From the NCBI GenBank assembly GCA_902801525.1, contig CADCIN010000001.1, positions 34,583 to 98,582 of the forward strand: a stretch of 64,000 nt of DNA, written 5' to 3'. This stretch comes from an uncultured Erysipelotrichaceae bacterium. GTDB taxonomy: Bacteria; Bacillota_I; Bacilli_A; RF39; UBA660. Made by a program: the position numbers and the translations under genes. Of the stretch, positions 51,377 to 61,279 are shown piece by piece; positions within the stretch are counted from its first letter, which is position 1, and the number at the start of each line of letters is the position of its first letter. The notes beneath the pieces are model-generated. The model searched no databases. It had not been told where the DNA came from and saw only the letters and a list, made by a program, of their open reading frames with translations.

Positions 51377-52147
51377 TTATCCTCTTATTGCTGTTCCAAG
51401 ATCATAATATGTTCCTTCTGCTGTTGCAGCGATTGTAGTTACATATCCATTTCCATCTGCAAGATAAAATTTAATTGCTCCTGTTACTCCTTTTACTTTA
51501 CCTTTACTTTCAAAATGTGAACCAATTATTCTATTATCTGCTGAATAATCATCTGTATAATTCATCACATAATAGCCAGTTCCTTGTGAATCATACTTTA
51601 AAACAAACATAGGCATATATTCAACTCTACCATCATCCATTAAGAAGAATAATGTTGTTCCCTTTGCATCTTGTCCCATTTCTCCAACAAATGCACTTTT
51701 AATATTTCCCTGGAAATTAGAAATTGTATAATCTTTTGCTTCATCTACATATGCACTTGCTCCTGAATATTTTCCAAATTTTGACCAATCAATAGTAAGT
51801 TTTGCTGTGTTTCCTGCTGGTGTAACTGTTAATCCTAAATCATCAGCATTTTCTCTTGGATTACTAAATGAATTGGTACTATTTAAACATTTTGTAATAT
51901 CTAATTGTTTTACTGCTGTACTGGCTGTATTACTTGTAGATTTTTGTTCATCTTTTACCTTATCAGTTTTTTTTGTATTACTCTTTTCCTCAGTATCTTT
52001 CTTAGTATTATATATTTTAACTAATCCTGTATCATTTAGAATATACAATCCCATTCCAACAATAATTATTAATTGTAATATAATTACTACTATTAGCACT
52101 TTATTACTTTTTTTCTTTGTTACTACTTCTTGATTATTTTCATTCAT
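51377..52147 (-). CDS. hypothetical N-terminally membrane-anchored extracytoplasmic protein (256 aa)
   Basis: Single N-terminal TM helix, then a K/T/S-rich linker and a globular domain; no known motif. Confidence 0.4.
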   Translation of the reverse strand: MNENNQEVVTKKKSNKVLIVVIILQLIIIVGMGLYILNDTGLVKIYNTKKDTEEKSNTKKTDKVKDEQKSTSNTASTAVKQLDITKCLNSTNSFSNPRENADDLGLTVTPAGNTAKLTIDWSKFGKYSGASAYVDEAKDYTISNFQGNIKSAFVGEMGQDAKGTTLFFLMDDGRVEYMPMFVLKYDSQGTGYYVMNYTDDYSADNRIIGSHFESKGKVKGVTGAIKFYLADGNGYVTTIAATAEGTYYDLGTAIRG

Positions 52148-52244
52148 TTTTATTTTCTCCTACTTTTTATACTTTAATTATAGCACCATTTATTTTAGTA
52201 GAAAGAATAATTATTAATTATTTATTTTTTGTAAATTTACATTT

Positions 52245-52772
52245 TTATTTCTTGTGTTTCATTAGGTGATCCATAACTACTTCTTTGGTTAGATAGATAT
52301 GTTCATCTAGATATTTTTTTTCTTTTTTTGTAAAAAAATATTTTGATAAGTATATATCATTTAAATTAAAGCTATATCCTTCTTTTTTTAGATAATGACA
52401 TGTGAATAACTTACAACCTATATTTCTATTAGTACAGCTTCCATCTTTATTTAGGAATGGGCACACTCTCTTATTAATATAACTATAACAACAGCCATAT
52501 AAATATGTTTCTTTATTTGGATTTTTTTCTTTTAAAGCTCTTCTTCTTTTACATAAACCACAATTATCAAAATCACATAAATTATTTTTTCTAAATTCAT
52601 TATCCAAATAATCACAAATTAGTTCAAATAAGTAACTATATCTTTCCTTTGTATCTGATATTTTTAGTACTGAGTCAATTTTTTTCATTTTCTCTTCTAT
52701 TTCAGTGTCATTAATATTTTCCAAGAACTTTTTTGTTTTATCATATATCTTTTGATCTTTTTTTGTATACAT
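52245..52772 (-). CDS. hypothetical Cys-rich protein (possible metal-binding; CxxxxCGxC and GCC motifs)
   Basis: CDFDNCGLCK...YGCCYSY...CPFLNKDGSC...CKLFTCHY. Confidence 0.4.
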   Translation of the reverse strand: MYTKKDQKIYDKTKKFLENINDTEIEEKMKKIDSVLKISDTKERYSYLFELICDYLDNEFRKNNLCDFDNCGLCKRRRALKEKNPNKETYLYGCCYSYINKRVCPFLNKDGSCTNRNIGCKLFTCHYLKKEGYSFNLNDIYLSKYFFTKKEKKYLDEHIYLTKEVVMDHLMKHKK

Positions 52773-52843
52773 ATTATCTTCCTTTACTTAAATCATTATA
52801 GCATAATTTTTATCTTAGATATATAATATTATTGGTGATTAGT

Positions 52844-53572
52844 ATGAATGATATTGATAAATTGCAAGGTATGATTAATAAAAGCAAACAAATTGTATTT
52901 TTTGGAGGAGCGGGTGTATCTACTGAAAGTGGTATTCCTGATTTCAGAAGTGTTAATGGTTTATATAACCAGAAATATAATTTTCCACCTGAAGAAATTT
53001 TGAGTCATCACTTTTTTATTAATAATACTTTAGAATTTTATAAATTTTATAGAGATAAGTTAAATACTTTAGATAAAGAACCTAATATATGTCATAAATA
53101 TTTAGCTGATCTTGAAAAAACTGGTAAATTATCGATGATAATTACTCAAAATATTGATGGTTTACATGAAAAAGCAGGAAGTAAAAACATTTCTTTACTA
53201 CATGGTACCATATACCGAAATTATTGTATGAACTGTTTTAAAAAGTATAGTGCTAAGTATGTATTTAATTGTAAGGGTGTTCCTACTTGTGAATGTGGTG
53301 GGATTATCAAACCTGATGTTGTTTTATATGAAGAGGCATTAGATGATGAAAGTATAACTAAAGCAATTAATTCATTAAAAAGTGCTGACTTATTGATAAT
53401 TGCTGGTACTTCTCTAACTGTTTATCCCGCGAGTAGTTTTATCCACTATTTTGGTGGAAAAAATATTGTAATTATTAATAAGGATAAAACTTCAATGGAT
53501 AATTATGTTAATTTAGTTATTCATGAGAATATTGGAGATGTTTTTGCACAATTAAAACTTCCTAACAAATAA
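52844..53572 (+). CDS. cobB: NAD-dependent protein deacylase, Sir2 family
   Basis: FFGGAGVSTESGIPDFRS and the Zn-ribbon cysteines CMNC...CECGG. Start is the ATG after GGTGA. Confidence 0.9.
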   Translation: MNDIDKLQGMINKSKQIVFFGGAGVSTESGIPDFRSVNGLYNQKYNFPPEEILSHHFFINNTLEFYKFYRDKLNTLDKEPNICHKYLADLEKTGKLSMIITQNIDGLHEKAGSKNISLLHGTIYRNYCMNCFKKYSAKYVFNCKGVPTCECGGIIKPDVVLYEEALDDESITKAINSLKSADLLIIAGTSLTVYPASSFIHYFGGKNIVIINKDKTSMDNYVNLVIHENIGDVFAQLKLPNK

Positions 53573-53603
53573 AATATCCACAGTATTTGTGGATATTTTA
53601 TTT
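53570..53603. terminator. bidirectional terminator-like palindrome ATATCCACA-GTATT-TGTGGATAT between convergent genes
   Basis: Perfect 9-bp inverted repeat flanked by A-run and T-run. Confidence 0.6.
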
Positions 53604-53632
53604 AAAGAAATCTCTTTTGTTAAATGATACGG

Positions 53633-54397
53633 TTAAGAATCTAAAGAATGCCCTTTTTTAGTTAACCAAACAAAATTAACATTGTTTTTTTCATTAGTAA
53701 TGATTTTAGGTACAATAAATTTTGCTATTGTTTCAGGGTAATCCCCCAAAATATTATATATTTTCTTGGTCTTTTCTGGTATTTCTATTTTTTTACCATC
53801 TCCTAAACTTTTATGAATAAAGTTTGTAATCATAATACCAGGTGTAATTTTACCTATTAATATATTTAATTTATTATCTTCTATTTCCTTTGCAAGTGAA
53901 TCTTCAAAATAATCACATGCTCTTTTAGATGTTCCATAAATTGATAAACCTGTTCTCAGTTCTCCGTTTGAACCAAATCCTTCAACATTAAATATTTGTC
54001 CTTTTCCTTGTTTTTTCATAATAGGAATTATATTTTTTGAACAATAAATTGTACCTTTTAAATTTATATCTATAAGCTTTGAAATCATATTTGTTTCACA
54101 ATCCCATATATTTATATTATCTTGATTAACTCCTGCATTATTAATCCATATATCAATTGTTTTAAATTCCTGAACGCTTTTTTCTATTAAATTATTTATA
54201 TCTTCTTCTTTTGTTATATTACATTTGATAGATATTATTTTTCCTTTTGAATTTATTTGATTTAATTTTTCTTTGGCTTTTATTAATTCTTCTTCATTAA
54301 TATCGCATATTACTGTATTAAAATCATTTTTTCTAAATTCTTCTAGCATTGCATAACCAAAGCCTCTAGCACTACCTGTAATTACTACTGTTTTCAT
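53633..54397 (-). CDS. short-chain dehydrogenase/reductase (SDR) family oxidoreductase
   Basis: VITGSARGFGYAM Rossmann motif and YGTSK (YxxxK). Start is the ATG after AAAGGAG. Confidence 0.8.
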   Translation of the reverse strand: MKTVVITGSARGFGYAMLEEFRKNDFNTVICDINEEELIKAKEKLNQINSKGKIISIKCNITKEEDINNLIEKSVQEFKTIDIWINNAGVNQDNINIWDCETNMISKLIDINLKGTIYCSKNIIPIMKKQGKGQIFNVEGFGSNGELRTGLSIYGTSKRACDYFEDSLAKEIEDNKLNILIGKITPGIMITNFIHKSLGDGKKIEIPEKTKKIYNILGDYPETIAKFIVPKIITNEKNNVNFVWLTKKGHSLDS

Positions 54398-54445
54398 TTT
54401 TATCACTCCTTTTATAAAGAAAATGAAATGCTAATACATTTCATT

Positions 54446-55573
54446 TTAGTTACTCTTTACTAATTTTGCATGAACAACTACTCTTTTTGTATTATCATAA
54501 CAAGAAGATAAAGTTAAAATATGATCATCTTTTGTAACTTGTGTATTAAAGTTATGAACACTTCTTCCTTTTATAGTATCTACAAAAGTTTGAAATTGAG
54601 AATCACTAAATCTTGTAGTTATGTAATAACTTTCTGGTTCAATTGTATATGTCGAAAATATTTGCCATACTTGTTTTCCATTTTCAGTTGCAGTTTCAAT
54701 GTAAAAATTATCTGGATTAGATAACCATTTTTCTTTAACTGTTTGTTTTAGGCTACCAAACATAGTATTATTTAATCTTCCATGACCATAAATAACAGTA
54801 TTTTTAGATAAATTATTAATATCATTTCTAAAATCTAAGAATACCCAGCCTGCATAATTTTTCTTTCCACTAAAAGAATGTGATAAATAATATTCATTAT
54901 CAGCTGATTGAACAAATGGATAATTAACTTCAGTTCCTGCAACTTTTATCCATCCTTTAGTATCTTTATTTTTTTCTTTTAAGGCTGCGAAATCTACATC
55001 ACCAATAGATGTTTTTCTCATATCAAAATATTCGTCATACTTAGGAGTAATATTATTTGTTTTTCCATTAGCTCTTGGAGATACTGAATTATTATCTATT
55101 GCTAATTTATTAATTTCCGCAACTTCTGCATCTATTTGTTTATTATTTTGATACCAAGTATATACTTTACTTCCCATAACTACTAAAACACCTGCATTTA
55201 TTAAAATTAAAAAGCTTAGTATAATTTTTGTATAAATCTTTTTTGTTATTGTTAATTTTTTCTTTTTATCCCCAGTTATTGCTTTTTCTTCCGTTAATGG
55301 AATTAAGACTGGTTGTGTTTCTTCTTTGTTTAGACTTGGACACTCTTTTTTCATTATGTTTACAGTGTCATTGACAATTGTATTTATAACTTTTGAGTCT
55401 CTTATCTCAGGTTGTGTAGGTATTATTATCTTTGGTTCTTCACCTAATGATAAAACTTCAATATCTTCATCTTTTATTATATTTTTCAACGGATTAAGGG
55501 AAATGTTTAATAAATTTTTAGGAGATTCATCATCTAATGTTAATATTTCTATGTCATCAATTGTAGTATTCAT
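54446..55573 (-). CDS. srtB: class B sortase with a long N-terminal cytoplasmic extension
   Basis: Near-collinear with SrtB: KGWIKVAGTEVNYPFVQ, FLDFRN, IYGH, NTMF, LTLSSC (TLxTC), RVVVHAKLV; catalytic H/C/R present; about 130 aa precede the TM helix. Confidence 0.85.
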   Translation of the reverse strand: MNTTIDDIEILTLDDESPKNLLNISLNPLKNIIKDEDIEVLSLGEEPKIIIPTQPEIRDSKVINTIVNDTVNIMKKECPSLNKEETQPVLIPLTEEKAITGDKKKKLTITKKIYTKIILSFLILINAGVLVVMGSKVYTWYQNNKQIDAEVAEINKLAIDNNSVSPRANGKTNNITPKYDEYFDMRKTSIGDVDFAALKEKNKDTKGWIKVAGTEVNYPFVQSADNEYYLSHSFSGKKNYAGWVFLDFRNDINNLSKNTVIYGHGRLNNTMFGSLKQTVKEKWLSNPDNFYIETATENGKQVWQIFSTYTIEPESYYITTRFSDSQFQTFVDTIKGRSVHNFNTQVTKDDHILTLSSCYDNTKRVVVHAKLVKSN

Positions 55574-55671
55574 TAAATCATCTCCTATCTATTTTTATTA
55601 TATTATTTTACATATTAAAAAAAAAGAGTAATTACTTAAAACTACTCTTTTATATGTAAAGTATTTACATA

Positions 55672-56871
55672 TTACGGTCTTGGAACATACTTAAATGGAT
55701 TAATAATATGTTTTGTATACGTCCAGTATGTTGTATTATAAGCCCAACCATATCCTTCAGACATTTCTAGGTGTAAGTGACATCCTGTTGAATATCCTGT
55801 TGTACCCATATAACCAATTACTGTGTTATTATCTACATCTTGTCCTACACTAACATTATATCCTTGCAAATGTGCATATTGTGAAAATACAAGTGTGCCA
55901 TTAACATTATGCACAATTAATACCATTTTAGCCCCATAAATATCTAAATTGTTACCTACATAGTATACTCTTCCACTTGCAACAGCATAAATTGGTGTTC
56001 CACATCCTCTTGTGATATCTAATCCCTTATGTCCACCATTTCCATAATATTGTGATATTCGTCCACCATTTACTGGGAATCTAAATCCATTATCACCTAT
56101 TACTGGTCCTGCATCAACTTTTGAACTTGAACCTGATCTTGATGATGAAGTTGATGATTTAGTTACTACTACTTTCTTAGGTACATCACAAGTAACGCCT
56201 ATAACATCATTAGAAGAACATCCTTTATTTCTATAATAATTCACTCGTTGTTGATAAAATTCAATTTGTCCTTTTGTAGATGGAATTGTTCCTTCTACTT
56301 GTGCAGAATCTGCTTCTATCTTTTTCTTTTCTTCTTCTAAACTACTTTGAAGTTTCTTTAGATCTTCTTTTTTACTATTTAGTTCAATTTTTTTCTTTTT
56401 ATTTTGCTCAACAAGTATTTTTAATTCTTTCATTATTTTATCGTTATAATCTGTTAATTGTTCAACAACAGACATACGATAAATCATATCTGTAATTGTT
56501 TCTGCTCCAAATATATATTCTAGATATGCATTATTCCCGTTTTCTATTTGGTAATATTCAATTACCCTTTTACTTTCTGCATTCTTTTCTTCTATTTCTT
56601 TATTACTTCTATCTATTTCTTTTTGAATATTTACTATTTCATTTTCTGTTTGACTAATCTTTGTTGTTATATTTTTTATATTATTTTTTACTTTTTCTAC
56701 ATCTTCTTTATTTTTTGCAAGTTTTGCTTCTTTTTCTTTTAATTCAGCAGTATATTTCGCAACTTGATCTTCATATTCTTTTAAAGTTGTAGCATGCGCT
56801 GAAATAGGTAGAATTATGATAGATATTAATAAAACATTAATAAATATTTTTCTCTGATATTTCCAAAACAT
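55672..56871 (-). CDS. coiled-coil M23 peptidoglycan endopeptidase (FtsEX-coupled PcsB/EnvC-like architecture)
   Basis: Signal/TM, then about 200 aa of coiled coil, then an M23 domain with HKGLDI (HxxxD) and CHLHLE (HxH). Confidence 0.8.
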   Translation of the reverse strand: MFWKYQRKIFINVLLISIIILPISAHATTLKEYEDQVAKYTAELKEKEAKLAKNKEDVEKVKNNIKNITTKISQTENEIVNIQKEIDRSNKEIEEKNAESKRVIEYYQIENGNNAYLEYIFGAETITDMIYRMSVVEQLTDYNDKIMKELKILVEQNKKKKIELNSKKEDLKKLQSSLEEEKKKIEADSAQVEGTIPSTKGQIEFYQQRVNYYRNKGCSSNDVIGVTCDVPKKVVVTKSSTSSSRSGSSSKVDAGPVIGDNGFRFPVNGGRISQYYGNGGHKGLDITRGCGTPIYAVASGRVYYVGNNLDIYGAKMVLIVHNVNGTLVFSQYAHLQGYNVSVGQDVDNNTVIGYMGTTGYSTGCHLHLEMSEGYGWAYNTTYWTYTKHIINPFKYVPRP

Positions 56872-56872
56872 A

Positions 56873-57772
56873 TTACACCTTTAAATACTTTCTAACTGCT
56901 TTTGAACTTCCTATCATACCTACAATTATACCTATTACTAAAATTATTAAAGACATTTGATATATAAATGGTTCTGGCCTAATTAATTTAATTAAATGTG
57001 TATATAAATAACCATTGAAATGATTATAAAAAGCTAAATAACCATATGTTGTGAAAACTATTGGAATAATCGATCCAAATATTCCTAAGATCATTCCCTC
57101 AATAATAAATGGTGTTTTAATTGTAAAATTACTAGCTCCAACAAGTCTCATAATACTAATTTCTCTTTTTCTTGAGAAGATAGTTAATTTAATTGTATTA
57201 ACTATTAAGAAAACTGTAACTACAACTAAAGCAATTACTGCTCCATATGCTACTTTTTGAATAGTTGCAAATGAAGAAATCATTGTTTCAACCATTCCTT
57301 CTCCATATTTAACAACTGAAACATTTTCTATCTGTTTGATTTTATCTGCTGTTTTACCTATTTTATTAACATTTTTTACTTTTAATTTAAAAGTTGGTTT
57401 TAATGGATTATCTTCTTCTGACCACCCATCTAAAACTGTATTTAATACTTCTGATTCTTTTTGCATTTTTTGTTTTACATCTTCTTTAGACTCGAATTCA
57501 TAACTTTCAACATTTGGAAAATTACCTATTTCTTTCTTTAAATCAGTTATTCTATCTTCTGATGTATCACTATCTAAAAACACAACAATTGTTAAATCTT
57601 TTTCTATTTCTTTTGTAAAGTTTTGAACATTGAATGATGCTAACATGGAAATAGCAACTATTATTAATGTAATTGTTATACATGATATTGATGCAAGTGA
57701 TAAACTAAAATTTCTAAATACGCTTTTTATAGAATCTCTGATACTTCTATTTAGCATTCTCAACATCTTCAT
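56873..57772 (-). CDS. ftsX: cell-division ABC transporter permease-like protein FtsX
   Basis: 4-TM FtsX topology with a large first extracellular loop; adjacent to ftsE. Confidence 0.85.
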   Translation of the reverse strand: MKMLRMLNRSIRDSIKSVFRNFSLSLASISCITITLIIVAISMLASFNVQNFTKEIEKDLTIVVFLDSDTSEDRITDLKKEIGNFPNVESYEFESKEDVKQKMQKESEVLNTVLDGWSEEDNPLKPTFKLKVKNVNKIGKTADKIKQIENVSVVKYGEGMVETMISSFATIQKVAYGAVIALVVVTVFLIVNTIKLTIFSRKREISIMRLVGASNFTIKTPFIIEGMILGIFGSIIPIVFTTYGYLAFYNHFNGYLYTHLIKLIRPEPFIYQMSLIILVIGIIVGMIGSSKAVRKYLKV

Positions 57773-58457
57773 CGTAATATGTTCCTTTCTTCTTAAAACT
57801 TACAAGTCTTCCATCTTTTAAAGTAATAACTTGTTTTTTCATTTTATTAACTATTTCTTTATCATGTGTAGCCATTATAATAGTTGTTCCTCTAACTTTA
57901 TTAATTTTATCTAGAACAGCCATTATTTCCATACTTTTTTCTGGATCCAGATTTCCAGTAGGTTCATCACATAATAATAGTTTTGGATTATTAACTATTG
58001 CTCTTGCTATTGCAACACGTTGTTGTTCTCCACCTGATAATTGATCAGGATAGTTATGAACTTTGTTTTTTAACCCTACTTCTTCAAGTGCTTTTAAAAC
58101 TTTTAATCTTGTTTCATTTTTCTTAGCTCCTATTACTTCCATGGCAAAAGCAACATTTTCATAAACTGTAAGTTTTGGAAGAAGTCTATAATCTTGGAAT
58201 ACTATTCCCAGTTTTCTTCTAAGTTTATATACTTTATTATTTCTTAGTTTAGCAACATTAAGTCCGCCAACTATAATTTTTCCTTGAGTTGGTCTTTCCT
58301 CACGATATAGCATTTTGATAAGTGTCGACTTACCACTTCCTGATCCACCAATTACAAAAGTAAATGAACCTTTTTCTATATCTAAGTTTAAATTACGAAT
58401 GGCTGTTACACCATTTTTATATTTTTTTTCAGCATTTTTTATTCTGATTAAGTCCAT
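57747..58457 (-). CDS. ftsE: cell-division ABC ATPase FtsE
   Basis: Walker A GGSGSGKST, LSGGEQQR, Walker B LLLCDEPTGNLD. Confidence 0.9.
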   Translation of the reverse strand: MDLIRIKNAEKKYKNGVTAIRNLNLDIEKGSFTFVIGGSGSGKSTLIKMLYREERPTQGKIIVGGLNVAKLRNNKVYKLRRKLGIVFQDYRLLPKLTVYENVAFAMEVIGAKKNETRLKVLKALEEVGLKNKVHNYPDQLSGGEQQRVAIARAIVNNPKLLLCDEPTGNLDPEKSMEIMAVLDKINKVRGTTIIMATHDKEIVNKMKKQVITLKDGRLVSFKKKGTYYDEDVENAK

Positions 58458-58609
58458 ATCATCATACTCCTTAGTCTAACTAAAATTATAACATAAAAAC
58501 GTTTAGAGTTAAAGAGTCGAATTGTGTTATTTTATGTGATATTATCTGTTTAATTATTATTTATTTTGTTATTAAATATGTAATTTTAAATCACTTTTTT
58601 TCATTTAAT

Positions 58610-59194
58610 TTACATATTTTTATTGTTTACTACTATATTTAATATATTACTATTTATTATTAGTACAATAAGTCCATATACTACTTTTTTTATTCCAAAT
58701 AAGAATCCACCTATTATAATAATTATTGAATTAATTATCATATTTAGTTTTCCATATGATATATTTGTTTTTTGATTTAATATCTGAATAATAGTTGGAA
58801 TTCCAATTCCATTAAAATTTAATTTATACATAGTACCACTTGCTATACCTGTTAATAGACCGATTATTATAGATGTAGAAATCAATACACTTTTTAAGTT
58901 TATTATATTATTAAGTGGCTTTGTTATATATATAAATAATGGATAAATAATTGTAATTATTACTGAATGTACAGTATTTTTTGTACCTAAATATTTTTCA
59001 CTAATTATTAAAAATATTATTGATATTATTAATATTATTATTGAAGTATCTAAATTAGTTAATTTATTTATTATTAGTCCTATTCCATTTATTCCACCAA
59101 TTATTATTTTATATGGAGAAAAATATATATTTAAACTAACAGCAGTTATTAATAAACAAATAATAATTACGAAATATTCTTTTATTTTATCCAT
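58610..59194 (-). CDS. YitT-family (DUF161) membrane protein, short paralogue lacking the C-terminal DUF2179 domain
   Basis: GGINGIGLIINKL motif shared with the neighbouring gene. Confidence 0.55.
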   Translation of the reverse strand: MDKIKEYFVIIICLLITAVSLNIYFSPYKIIIGGINGIGLIINKLTNLDTSIIILIISIIFLIISEKYLGTKNTVHSVIITIIYPLFIYITKPLNNIINLKSVLISTSIIIGLLTGIASGTMYKLNFNGIGIPTIIQILNQKTNISYGKLNMIINSIIIIIGGFLFGIKKVVYGLIVLIINSNILNIVVNNKNM

Positions 59195-60071
59195 TTCTTA
59201 CAACCTCATATGCATCTGTAGTTAGAAAGAAAGCATTACTATCTAATGATAAAACTGCTTCTTTCAATTTATAGTAATCTCTAGTCGGTAATACACATAA
59301 TAATATTTTTGAATTTTCTTTTTTATATCCACCTTTAGCATTAATAATAGTTACATCTTTTTTTAAGTAATCTATTATGTATTCTTTTATTAGTTTATCT
59401 TTTTTTGTTACTATATAAAATGCTTTACTATCTGATGTACCTAAGATAACTTTTTCTGATATATAACTTATTAAGTAAAGAGTAATAATTGAATATAAAA
59501 TATTTTGAAATCCGAATGATACAATTGATAATAAAACTATTGATCCATCTATTATTAAAATGCTTTTACCTATTCCAACTTTTAAATATTTTGAAATTAT
59601 TTGATTAACAATATCAGTTCCTCCTGTTGTGAAACCAGCTTTATATATCATACCAGATCCAAGTCCTGAAATTACCCCTCCAAATAATGAATATAATAAT
59701 TTTTCTTTATAATCAAATATGATATAATTTCTCAAGTTAGCAGTTATAAAAATAAATAACGGAAGAAGTAATGATCCTAAAAATGAGGATTTAGTTTTAT
59801 ATTTGTCCAACATAAAATAGCTTACAATGAGTAAGAATATATCACTTATAAGTATGAATAATGAATTATTAATATTTATATATTTATTAATAATAATAGC
59901 TAATCCTCCTACTCCTCCTGATACAATATTATTAGGTAATAAAAAAAGGTTGTATGACATAGAAGCAATGATACAACCTATTATAAATTCTATATATTTT
60001 TTTATTTTATTTTTATTACATATTTTTAAAAATATTTCGTTATGGTTTTTTGATTTAAAAATATTTAGCAT
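59187..60071 (-). CDS. YitT-family membrane protein (DUF161 + DUF2179), YvjA-like
   Basis: SGGVGGLAIIINKY plus a C-terminal soluble domain; conserved position downstream of prfB. Confidence 0.7.
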   Translation of the reverse strand: MLNIFKSKNHNEIFLKICNKNKIKKYIEFIIGCIIASMSYNLFLLPNNIVSGGVGGLAIIINKYININNSLFILISDIFLLIVSYFMLDKYKTKSSFLGSLLLPLFIFITANLRNYIIFDYKEKLLYSLFGGVISGLGSGMIYKAGFTTGGTDIVNQIISKYLKVGIGKSILIIDGSIVLLSIVSFGFQNILYSIITLYLISYISEKVILGTSDSKAFYIVTKKDKLIKEYIIDYLKKDVTIINAKGGYKKENSKILLCVLPTRDYYKLKEAVLSLDSNAFFLTTDAYEVVRNG

Positions 60072-60072
60072 A

Positions 60073-61165
60073 TTATCCTCTTTTCAAATTACTATCAATA
60101 AATAAATCTATATCTCCATCTAATACTTTATCCACATTACTTGTTTCAGTATTTGTTCTATGATCTTTTACCATTGAATATGGATGCATTACATAACTTC
60201 TTATTTGTGAACCAAACTCAATATTCATTTGATTGCCTTTGATACTATTTAATTTATTTTCATGTTGTTCTAATTTTTTAAGTAATAATTTACTTTTTAA
60301 TACTTTCATAGCCTGTTCTTTATTTTGAATTTGACTTCTTTCATTTTGACAAGTTACTACTATTTTAGTAGGTATATGAGTTATTCTTACTGCAGAGTCT
60401 GTTGTATTAACACCTTGTCCACCATTTCCACTTGATCTATACACATCTATCTTTAAATCTTTTTCATTAATTTCAATAGATGTATCTTTTTCTATTTCAG
60501 GTGTTACTTCTACTGATGCGAAAGATGTGTGTCTTCTATTATTTGAATCAAATGGAGATAATCTGACAAGTCTATGAACACCTTTTTCATTTTTTAGATA
60601 TCCATAAGCATAATCACCAGATACTTTAATTGATGCGCTTTTTATTCCTGCTTCTTCACCATCTTGATAATCTAAAATTTCAGTTTTATAATTATTCTTT
60701 TCACACCATCTTAGATACATTCTATAAAGCATCAATGCCCAATCACAAGCTTCTGTTCCACCTGCTCCAGAATGAATTTCTAAGATACAATTATTAGAAT
60801 CATATGGTTTATTTAATAGTAAATATTTATTTAAATTATTGATATCTTTTTCTATAGAATTACATTCTTTTCCTAATTCTATTAATAAGTCATCTGATTC
60901 ATCAGTAATTAAACTTACGATATCTATATTATCTATTATTCTCTTTTTCAAAGTTTCTATACCATTTACTATATTTTTTAACTCAGTAATTTTTTTATAT
61001 ATTTCTTCAGCTTTATTCTTATCATCCCAAAAATCTTCTTTTGTAGTTTGTTCTTCTAATTTCTTTATTTCTTTCTGTTTTTTTTCACAGTCAAAGTGAC
61101 CTCCATAAGTCTTCTATTTCTGTTTTATAGTTTTCTAAATTTCTTTTAATTTCATTAATATCCAT
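60073..61165 (-). CDS. prfB: peptide chain release factor 2, requiring a programmed +1 frameshift (frame 0: 61165..61094; frame +1: 61092..60073)
   Basis: SPF tripeptide motif and GGQ (SGNGGQGVNTTDSAVRITH). The upstream short ORF MDINEIKRNLENYKTEIEDLWRSL ends at CTT TGA C preceded by GGAGG. The ORF track shows only the post-shift part. Confidence 0.9.
61090..61110 (-). other. prfB programmed +1 frameshift site (GGAGG tca CTT TGA C)
   Basis: Read directly on the minus strand; this is the canonical RF2 autoregulatory motif. Confidence 0.85.
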
Positions 61166-61279
61166 ATATTTCTCCTTTTTCCACAATTTTTGTGAATAAT
61201 TTTTTTACTTTTTCATATTATATTAGTGAGGAAGGTTCACTATAAAGTGTGAAGATCCTCTGTATATAGATAAGGGCAC

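Noticed and set aside
56280-56742. Plus-strand ORFs within the M23 hydrolase gene
   Set aside because: Antisense to the coiled-coil-encoding region (a repetitive K/E codon bias gives open antisense frames).
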